NCBI GenBank assembly: GCA_003056265.1
Contig: NBVN01000002.1
Span: 510,001 to 542,000 of the forward strand
Length of the DNA stretch: 32,000 bases
Source: Zestosphaera tikiterensis
GTDB lineage: Archaea > Thermoproteota > Thermoprotei_A > Sulfolobales > NBVN01
Reading direction: 5' to 3'
Shown here: in pieces, positions 25,921-32,000 of the stretch
Layout of the letters: each line of letters begins with the position of its first letter
How positions within the stretch are numbered: position 1 is the first letter of the stretch
The notes under the pieces: model-generated
What the model was told of the DNA's origin: nothing
Databases searched by the model: none
The model's input: only the letters and a program-made list of their open reading frames with translations
Made by a program: the position numbers and the translations under genes

Positions 25921-26871
25921 ATGGTTGAATCCGCGGTTTCGGCGTCGATGTTTTTAATTTTAGTTATGCTTTCACTTTCTTCCGGTTTAGCCTTACTTTC
26001 TGAAAGGCTTGAAGTTAATGTTAGTGTTGAGACCGGCTTTACAGAGCTTTCTTTTGTTTCTGCTGACTGTCACTACTGTTCGTGTAGGGCTTCATGTCAA
26101 GCTAACGTGGTTAACGGTGGTGATGAAGTTCAAGTTTCTTTAAATAACGTATACTTCTCTTTTAAAGCTTTTGTTTATATGAAGTTAAGAAATACTGGAA
26201 CCATACCCGTTAAGGTTTTTGGGATTTACTTAAATGACTTGCTTATAGAGCCTTATAAGCTATATAAAATCGACTTAAATAACGACGGTTTTAAAGATGT
26301 TGAGGTAGTTTTAATTGATGGCATGCCCTTTAAATGTGATTATATGGGTTTAGACGATGAAGTAAGTGATGAAGGTAGTTTAAATGAGTTAAACACTACC
26401 TACGTTAACGAAAGCTTAAATGTCACGACAGCTAAAGAAGATTTAAAGAAGGATAGGGGTCCCACACCACCTACGGTAACTGACGTTGAAGTTAACGGTT
26501 GTTACGTTACGTTGCGATGGACTGAAGTCGAGGGCAGCGATTTATACCACGTTACTTGGGAGTACGACAGCGTGGTTGTCTGGGGTTCGCCTAAAGGTAC
26601 TCCACCACCTACTTCAGTAACTGTAGGTCCTTTACCTACGGGGTATTACTGCTTTAGAGTTAGTGCTCAAAACTTAGGTCGTGATGGGTGGCGTACTAAA
26701 TGGTCTTCACCGACTTGTGTTTTCGTGTCGTGCTTCCCTCAACCTAAGGTTATTCAGTTAGAACCCGGTGAATCTAAAACGTATTACTTAATAGTACATG
26801 CTCTAAATAGAGGTGATTATGAATTCGTAGTTAAACCGGCTTACGTTAGGTGGAATGAGTATAGGGGTTAA
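25921..26871 (+). CDS. Secreted TasA-like protein (paralogue 3) carrying a Cys cluster, an acidic glycosylation-sequon-rich insert and an FN3-like domain
   Basis: The signal region is MVESAVSASMFLILVMLSLSSGLA | LLSERLEVNVSVETG. Further elements are CHYCSCRASC, LNNVYFSFKAFVYMKLRNTGTIPVKVF, and an FN3-like PPTVTDVEVNGCYVTLRWTEVEGSDLYHVTWEY...LPTGYYCFRVSAQN. The C-terminus is YEFVVKPAYVRWNEYRG. GAGGTGGTG lies 7 nt upstream of the ATG at 25921. The track start is 25888. Confidence 0.6.
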   Translation: MVESAVSASMFLILVMLSLSSGLALLSERLEVNVSVETGFTELSFVSADCHYCSCRASCQANVVNGGDEVQVSLNNVYFSFKAFVYMKLRNTGTIPVKVFGIYLNDLLIEPYKLYKIDLNNDGFKDVEVVLIDGMPFKCDYMGLDDEVSDEGSLNELNTTYVNESLNVTTAKEDLKKDRGPTPPTVTDVEVNGCYVTLRWTEVEGSDLYHVTWEYDSVVVWGSPKGTPPPTSVTVGPLPTGYYCFRVSAQNLGRDGWRTKWSSPTCVFVSCFPQPKVIQLEPGESKTYYLIVHALNRGDYEFVVKPAYVRWNEYRG

Positions 26872-28120
26872 TAAAGTGTTTTTACGTTCTTTAAGTAATG
26901 AGTTGCGGGGGCTGCGTTTTAAGTTTCTAGCTTACGTAGCTTTAGCTCTTTTCATATTTATTTACTTCTACCCATTGATAATAACGCCTAAAGGCCTCAT
27001 ACCCTACGTAATACCCCCCACAACATCTTTAATTGTTTTCAGCATTCTCTACGGCGTAGTAGCTACGTTTAAACCTTACGAGGAGAGAGTGCTTAATTTA
27101 GTGATTCTCTTCTTCGTTATTAAGATCCTCACAGACCTAACGTTAGGTGTTGTTAAGGGGTTTGGGTTAAACATCTTAACCTTAACTTCATACGTAGGCA
27201 TAGCTATGAATTTAATGAGGGAGTTACCTACGGTGTTAGGTTTTGAAGTTGTTAGAGCTTACTTATTAAGTAAGGCGAGGGGAGGTAAGTCTGTAGTTGC
27301 TTTCCTATCGATATCTGCTGCCTTCGCTTTAATGAATGAACCTATAACTAGATACGTTAACATGCTTAACTCAAGTTATAATGAGGTAGTTAACTTCATG
27401 TTTAAGAACTACGTTCCCGCCTTAGCTCAAAACATGCTTTTAGGGATTCTCTACGTAAGCGGTGGGTTTAACGCCAACGCGCTTTACGCATTACTCGATA
27501 AACTCTACATATACACAACACCCCTACTCCCCAACATAAGTTTAGGGGTTAGATCCGTTATCGCCGTGATTCAAGCCTTCGTGTTCTTCTCCATCGTTGA
27601 AGCAACCTTAAAAGAGCAGGACGTCTTCAGTAAATACTCTTTCAAGCTATCTAAGAATTTCTTAAGCTATTTAATACCTGCTTTAATATTCCTTTTAGTA
27701 GGTGCTTTACTTCTAAGTAACGCTAGGCTCTTTGTAGTAAGCAGCGGTAGTATGGTACCAACTCTAAACGTTGGTGACGTAGTTTTAGTCGTTAAATCGA
27801 ATGAGGTGGGTGTTGGGGACATCATAGCTTTCTACGTAGGTTCTGAAGTAGTTATCCATAGGGTTTACGACGTAGTCGTTGATTCCGATGGCTCAACATA
27901 CTTCACAACTAAAGGCGATAATAACGACCACGTAGACCCGTTTAAGGTTGAGCCTCCGTACGTAGTGGGTAAGCTTGCTTTAGTTATTCCATACGTGGGT
28001 ATCATCTGGATTTACGTTATGAAGTTCTTCATAGAGTATTTAAACCTACTATCCTTCGTTTTCTTCTCTCTTATATTAACTCAATCATTAAGTTTTTCGA
28101 GGTGGTTATATGGTGAGTAA
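26855..28120 (+). CDS. Archaeal/eukaryal-type signal peptidase I (SipW/Sec11-like, S26) fused to an N-terminal ~265-aa polytopic membrane domain of unknown function
   Basis: The catalytic boxes lie in the C-terminal third: VVSSGSMVPTLNVGDVVLV (Ser), VVIHRV (His) and TKGDNNDHVD. About 7 hydrophobic helices precede them and about 2 follow. The gene overlaps the upstream gene by 17 nt and the downstream gene by 11 nt. Confidence 0.8.
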   Translation: MSIGVNKVFLRSLSNELRGLRFKFLAYVALALFIFIYFYPLIITPKGLIPYVIPPTTSLIVFSILYGVVATFKPYEERVLNLVILFFVIKILTDLTLGVVKGFGLNILTLTSYVGIAMNLMRELPTVLGFEVVRAYLLSKARGGKSVVAFLSISAAFALMNEPITRYVNMLNSSYNEVVNFMFKNYVPALAQNMLLGILYVSGGFNANALYALLDKLYIYTTPLLPNISLGVRSVIAVIQAFVFFSIVEATLKEQDVFSKYSFKLSKNFLSYLIPALIFLLVGALLLSNARLFVVSSGSMVPTLNVGDVVLVVKSNEVGVGDIIAFYVGSEVVIHRVYDVVVDSDGSTYFTTKGDNNDHVDPFKVEPPYVVGKLALVIPYVGIIWIYVMKFFIEYLNLLSFVFFSLILTQSLSFSRWLYGE

Positions 28121-29204
28121 ATTAAACCTTAAGTTAAAAGTATTTAAATCCCAGGGTTTTAGGATAGCGTTACTTATAGTTTTAACTACGGCTTTCGTGA
28201 TATCCACCGCTGGTTTAGTATATTCCTACAGCGTGCCTACAGCAACGCGTGAAGTATATACCTACGTTAAAGTAAGTCAGAAGTTTAGCGTGGATTACGT
28301 AGCTTACGTTAAGGAATCGCTAATCTACGATAATAGAACCGTCATAACCTCGCGAGAGCCTATATACTTTAAACTTTTGAAGGGGCTTAACGTAACTTAT
28401 ACTTACGTATTAACTTCAGAAACACCTATTAAAAACGTTAGAGGGTCGTACACCGTTACGTTAGCTTTAAACACTACATCGTGGAGTAAGACCTTCACCA
28501 TTGCGGGAGGTGATTTAAGTGAAGTGCTTAATAAGACGAACTACCTATATATAAACTTCACAGAGCTTTTCGACTACATAAGTAAGGTGGATAAGGAGGT
28601 AGGTGGGAGTAGCAAAACATACGACATCATCTACTACTTCAGCTTTAAACCAACTATCACCGCAGTAGTCAACAATTCTAAAACTCTCACATATCAATTA
28701 AGCCTAACCCCTAAAGTTAAGGTAAGCTATGAAGTAGGTAAGAGCGTTATAGACTTCACAGTTCAAGACACTGAGAAAGAGTTTAAAGACACCTACGAGT
28801 TAATTAACCCAACATACGTTAGGGTTTTCGGGCTTACGTTAGATTTAAGCGTATTTAGACTTGCTTCCATGACCTCTTCATTCATCTGCTCAGGTTTAAT
28901 AGCCTTCATCGCGATAACCTCAACGATATCCTCAAGTAGGGAGAAGCCTTTAGTCGATAAGTTAATTAATAAGTATAAAGACATCATAATAGCTTCAACA
29001 AGCGATGAGATTGGAACAACGCAAGCAAGCAGGAAGGTCGTGCTTACAGACTTTAAAGATATGGTGAAAGTAGCTACTATAAGGAAGAAACCAATAATAA
29101 AAGTCTCTAACGAAGCGGGGAGTAACGTAAGGTTTATACTAGTAGATGATGACGTAATTTACGAGTATATACCAAGCGAAGAAAGTTTTAAAATCCAAAA
29201 ATAG
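28110..29204 (+). CDS. Bitopic/bi-anchored membrane protein of unknown function: TM, ~210-aa extracellular beta-rich domain, TM, ~90-aa cytoplasmic tail. Putative fibre assembly or anchoring accessory.
   Basis: The TM segments are FRIALLIVLTTAFVISTAGLVY and SSFICSGLIAFIAITSTI. There are six N-X-S/T sequons in the predicted external segment (NRT, NVT, NTT, NKT, NFT, NNS). The gene is translationally coupled to the peptidase gene. Confidence 0.55.
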   Translation: MVSKLNLKLKVFKSQGFRIALLIVLTTAFVISTAGLVYSYSVPTATREVYTYVKVSQKFSVDYVAYVKESLIYDNRTVITSREPIYFKLLKGLNVTYTYVLTSETPIKNVRGSYTVTLALNTTSWSKTFTIAGGDLSEVLNKTNYLYINFTELFDYISKVDKEVGGSSKTYDIIYYFSFKPTITAVVNNSKTLTYQLSLTPKVKVSYEVGKSVIDFTVQDTEKEFKDTYELINPTYVRVFGLTLDLSVFRLASMTSSFICSGLIAFIAITSTISSSREKPLVDKLINKYKDIIIASTSDEIGTTQASRKVVLTDFKDMVKVATIRKKPIIKVSNEAGSNVRFILVDDDVIYEYIPSEESFKIQK

Positions 29205-29205
29205 T

Positions 29206-29829
29206 TTAAGTTGAATTTAACTCAAGTATTCTTTTAGCTAGAAACTCACTCATGCGGTCTAAATCATCGTATTCGTTGTAGGGAATTACATTCTCTTTAA
29301 AGAATGTATTGGCACCGCTTAAAAGCTCTGTAAGTTTGTCATATATCTTCGACGGTACGAAACACGTTACTTTCCGACCGGTAGCTTTCGAATGTACGTA
29401 AGATATGAAAACTTCGATAACACCGTTTTCAACGTCCTCCGAAGGCTCTATAATAACTACTTCAGAAAGCTCGGCTCCTGCGTTACCCTTTTTACTTAGA
29501 ACATTCACGCGAATTTTAATGCTATCAGCTAATCTCCTGTCTTTAGCATCTACAGCCTGCAGCAATTGCTCAAGCTTAAATAGGAAGTCCCTACCTTTAG
29601 ATGTTAAGGTGAAATACATGTGTCTGCCGTCGCTTATAGGTATTATAAGTTCGCTACTCATTAAGCCTCTTAAGTATTTATCTAAGGTGCGGGTGTTTAG
29701 TCCTGAAGCATATAGGACGTGAGTTTTTAAGGTATAGTTTTTAGAAGCTATGCATTTAAGTATTCTATGCAGAATCTCTAAATTAGAACGTTTTTGTTTG
29801 CTAGTGGACGAATGATATGTACTAATCAT
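29206..29829 (-). CDS. Winged-helix (HTH_45-like) transcriptional regulator with a C-terminal domain of unknown function
   Basis: The N-terminus RSNLEILHRILKCIASKNYTLKTHVLYASGLNTRTLDKYLRGLMSSELI....YFTLTSKGRDFL is a typical small archaeal wHTH. A GTTTATAAAAG TATA-like box lies about 35 nt upstream. Confidence 0.65.
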   Translation of the reverse strand: MISTYHSSTSKQKRSNLEILHRILKCIASKNYTLKTHVLYASGLNTRTLDKYLRGLMSSELIIPISDGRHMYFTLTSKGRDFLFKLEQLLQAVDAKDRRLADSIKIRVNVLSKKGNAGAELSEVVIIEPSEDVENGVIEVFISYVHSKATGRKVTCFVPSKIYDKLTELLSGANTFFKENVIPYNEYDDLDRMSEFLAKRILELNST

Positions 29830-29994
29830 ACTGTCACTTCTAAACAGAGAAGGGTTTCAACTTTTATAAACTTTATGGACTTTTAATACTTTCAGTTTAC
29901 TTAACTCTACGTAGGTAACTATTTTAGTAGCTATTGCTTGCGATACTTCACGCGTTGAGGTTTATGAAGAAATTGTTTTTGATTTTATCTTTGC

Positions 29995-30711
29995 TTATAT
30001 GAGTATTAGGTTTGTGCTTGATAGTATTAGAATTCCTAAAAACGTTGTTAACGTTATTAATATGTTGTCGTCTATGGGGTTGAATTCGTAGTGTTCTATT
30101 ATTGATGCTGCCGCAGCTATTGGCAATCCCCAAACGCCTAGGTAGTAAAGCGATATGGGCACACATACTAAGAACATGGCTAGGTTTCCATACCAGGACT
30201 TGGTTCTCCTTCTGTATATTAAGTTTCTAGTTATTCCTGTTGCTGCATCACCTATAGACATGAAGAGTATTGGAACTAAGCCGTAGATCGGTGTTCCGAA
30301 GATAAGCCATGAAGCGAATAGTACTATGCCCCAAGCAAGGCAGAAATTCACTTCATACATGTTTTCAGGTACTTGAAACCAATCCATTAGCTTCCCTGTT
30401 TTATGCGGTAACCAAGTAACTATAGCTAACACTAACGCAAGAATTAACGGGATGGTAGGTGAGGTGAAGAATATAGGAACTAAAAAAGCTACTACACCAC
30501 CTGCGAAGACGTGGATAAGTTTCCTGTTGAAGTAAACAGCCACGTTATGCGGGAATCTAAACTTAAGCATTAATCCGTAGGTGTATTTAGTACCGTAAAC
30601 AACACCTAAAACGTAGATAAACAGAGCTAAAGCGATTAACGTTTCGTAAACTGGGTTTTGAGGGGGGAGAACCTCAACATGCATCCTTAAATCCATACCT
30701 AACGCCTCCAC
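29995..30711 (-). CDS. Polytopic membrane protein of the CTP-dependent polyprenol (dolichol/phytol) kinase / cytidylyltransferase family
   Basis: The protein has about 7 TM helices. Motifs NRKLIHVFAGG and MSIGDAATGITRN...KSWYGNLAMF resemble the dolichol-kinase/CTP_transf_1 signature. Assigned by eye. Confidence 0.45.
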   Translation of the reverse strand: MEALGMDLRMHVEVLPPQNPVYETLIALALFIYVLGVVYGTKYTYGLMLKFRFPHNVAVYFNRKLIHVFAGGVVAFLVPIFFTSPTIPLILALVLAIVTWLPHKTGKLMDWFQVPENMYEVNFCLAWGIVLFASWLIFGTPIYGLVPILFMSIGDAATGITRNLIYRRRTKSWYGNLAMFLVCVPISLYYLGVWGLPIAAAASIIEHYEFNPIDDNILITLTTFLGILILSSTNLILI

Positions 30712-30787
30712 ACTTCATAATATACTTATTGAAAACCTTTTATTTTTTTCCGTCTTTTGATTAAGCATAACCTCCATTAAAAATTCT

Positions 30788-30885
30788 TTGGTGGGCCCGC
30801 GGGGACTCGAACCCCGGACCTCCGCCTCTCGCAGGCTTCCTAAGCTCGTAAGGGCGGCGTCCTAACCAGGCTAGACGACGGGCCC
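30788..30885 (-). tRNA. tRNA-Val (UAC) with a 20-nt intron at the canonical 37/38 position; CCA encoded
   Basis: Reverse-complement fold: GGGCCCG-TC-GTCT-AGCCTGGTTA-GGAC-G-CCGCC-CTTACG[AGCTTAAGGAAGCCTGCGAG]A-GGCGG-AGGTC-CGGGG-TTCGAGT-CCCCG-CGGGCCC-A-CCA. The intron lies at about 30827-30846. A TTTATAAG box is about 30 nt upstream (30913-30920). Confidence 0.85.
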
Positions 30886-30994
30886 ACACCGTTTAGTTAT
30901 TTCAACGACAAACTTATAAATGTTTTCAACTTTATTTCTAAGGCATTACGGCAAACTATAAAAACCCCATTAAGACAATTGCATAGGTGGTAAC

Positions 30995-31126
30995 TTGAGA
31001 AACTTCGATAAGGCTTTAAAATCTCTTAAGATTATGAGGAGGTTTTACGAAAGGCTTGAATGGAGTGAGGATGTCGAGGCTGTTGATGAGGTTGCTGTGA
31101 GGGTTTTAAAGGAGGGTGCCTACTAA
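30995..31126 (+). CDS. Possible small protein (43 aa), hypothetical
   Basis: The TTG start is preceded by AGGTGGT (SD-like) and, about 35 nt upstream, by CTATAAAAAC. The product is (M)RNFDKALKSLKIMRRFYERLEWSEDVEAVDEVAVRVLKEGAY, predicted helical. I recognise no family. Confidence 0.25.
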   Translation: MRNFDKALKSLKIMRRFYERLEWSEDVEAVDEVAVRVLKEGAY

Positions 31127-31692
31127 CTCTTGCTTAAGTCTTCCAACCCTAAGTTTATTAACGTTTTTATTAAGACTTCCTTACAAGGTTTTAACGCGTC
31201 CTTACTTAATAACTCTTTAATTGCTTTAACGTTGTTTTCCGATATTTCCTTAACCTCAACGTAACCTGCTTTTAAGTATTTAAGGCTTTGTAGGGTTGTT
31301 GACGTATAATCAGCTAATTTAACGATTAAAGCTTCGAGGCTCTCCCCCTTATTTAACTCCGTGATTAAAGGTGCGTATTTACTTAAGCCTAACTCGCTCA
31401 ACGCCTCCAACTCTAGGGACTCTATGTCTTTGCCTAACCTGCTTTTAACCCATTTAACCACGTCACCCATCACAGCCTCCGGGATGTCGTGAATTAAACT
31501 CATTTTTAAGATTTTCTCTACGTCTACCTTACCGCATGAGTTGCTTACCTCCTCAGCTATGATTAAAGCTATTAAAGACACTTCGAAGGTATGTGAGGCT
31601 ACCGTCTCAGCTAAGGCGTTTGGAACCCCCCTTAACATCCAGCCCGTTCTAGACACGTACTTAAGGTTCATAACCTTGCTTAAGTTCGTCAA
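31123..31692 (-). CDS. HD-domain phosphohydrolase (YfbR-like 5'-deoxynucleotidase family)
   Basis: The sequences RTGWMLRGVPNALAETVASHTFEVSLIA and LIHDIPEAVMGDV match the H...HD...D metal-ligand pattern. Confidence 0.8.
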   Translation of the reverse strand: MTNLSKVMNLKYVSRTGWMLRGVPNALAETVASHTFEVSLIALIIAEEVSNSCGKVDVEKILKMSLIHDIPEAVMGDVVKWVKSRLGKDIESLELEALSELGLSKYAPLITELNKGESLEALIVKLADYTSTTLQSLKYLKAGYVEVKEISENNVKAIKELLSKDALKPCKEVLIKTLINLGLEDLSKS

Positions 31693-31702
31693 TCAACACC
31701 AC

Positions 31703-32000
31703 CTACTCAGGATATACCTTATGTTCGTTACCGTTTATTAACGCGTAGACCTCAAAGTATTTTTCAATCCCGCTACTTAATATCTTAGGTCTTAAAACAG
31801 CCTCTATCTGGAAAAGCCCTGCGAAGTCATTCATATGCACTTCAATACGTGCTGGGCTGTTAACCCCCTTAGATATCTCAACTCTTTTAATCCCTATAGC
31901 GGAGACTGAATGCATGTCTAACTTACCCATCTTATAAGGTATTCTAGCCCTCCCCTCCGCCATGTCGGTACCGTCAGCTATTTTAACTATGCCTGCCTCT
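31703..32000 (-). CDS. Hypothetical protein, C-terminal part. The frame stays open to the right window edge, so the gene probably starts outside the window.
   Basis: The track lists 31703-31963, but the in-frame codons upstream of that ATG (..EAGIVKIADGTD-MAEGRA..) contain no stop up to position 32000. It ends 10 nt upstream of the HD gene on the same strand. Confidence 0.5.
   Translation of the reverse strand, partial: EAGIVKIADGTDMAEGRARIPYKMGKLDMHSVSAIGIKRVEISKGVNSPARIEVHMNDFAGLFQIEAVLRPKILSSGIEKYFEVYALINGNEHKVYPE

Noticed and set aside
27224-27260. GFEVVRAYL in the peptidase N-terminal domain as a CPBP/CAAX-protease motif 1 (EExxxR).
   Set aside because: Only one Glu is present and the spacing is different. 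The domain has no His residues for motifs 2 and 3, so there is not enough to call a protease domain.
28793-30166. ORFs 28793-28987 (-), 29405-29722 (+) and 29948-30166 (-).
   Set aside because: They are antisense to, or out of frame within, the accessory membrane protein, the wHTH regulator and the polyprenol-kinase-like gene respectively. No signals or motifs support them.
21871-30885. The segment bracketed by tRNA-Cys and tRNA-Val as a possible integrated element or genomic island carrying the TasA-like locus.
   Set aside because: There is no integrase, transposase or viral/plasmid gene, and I noticed no direct repeat of either tRNA 3' half within the segment. The tRNAs are on opposite strands. 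Composition could not be computed by eye.
1-32000. A search for CRISPR arrays, long tandem repeats, IS elements and toxin-antitoxin pairs.
   Set aside because: A visual pass found no regularly spaced direct repeats, terminal inverted repeats or transposase-like ORFs. The only NTase-like small gene (20814-21392) has no adjacent partner gene typical of MNT/HEPN or AbiE pairs.

Overview
The window looks like a chromosomal segment of a hyperthermophilic crenarchaeon (Thermoproteota). Evidence: two intron-containing tRNA genes, ribosomal protein L40e, archaeal-type TyrRS, an IPCT/DIPPS-like compatible-solute enzyme, archaemetzincin, A/T-rich TATA-like boxes about 25-35 nt upstream of starts, frequent GTG/TTG starts, and short gene overlaps.

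Most of the window is dense housekeeping or metabolic coding sequence:
- a xanthine-dehydrogenase-family molybdoenzyme L-M-S operon, a second divergent large-subunit paralogue, and a cyclic amidohydrolase
- NUDIX hydrolase, tyrS, and an ECF transporter operon
- rpiA, trxB, class II lysS, and a DtxR/FeoA pair
- rpl40e, tRNA-Cys, tRNA-Val, and an HD hydrolase

The stand-out region is about 24.5-29.8 kb. It is a tightly coupled five-gene operon:
- three paralogous secreted proteins with TasA/camelysin-like (SipW-type) N-terminal signal regions and shared N- and C-terminal motifs
- an archaeal-type signal peptidase I fused to a large polytopic membrane domain
- a sequon-rich bitopic membrane protein

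A winged-helix regulator gene converges on the operon. I read this as an extracellular fibre/pilus biogenesis module, analogous to Bacillus tapA-sipW-tasA and related to archaeal bundling pili, with unusual fusions.

Secondary oddities:
- a threonine-synthase-like protein that lacks the PLP lysine and is fused to a wHTH
- a perfect 18-bp palindrome on the DtxR promoter
- a membrane-anchored wHTH protein
- an IPCT/DIPPS-like enzyme with a long extra C-terminal membrane domain

I saw no CRISPR array, transposase or integrase. All family assignments come from motif recognition by eye. No database search was run.
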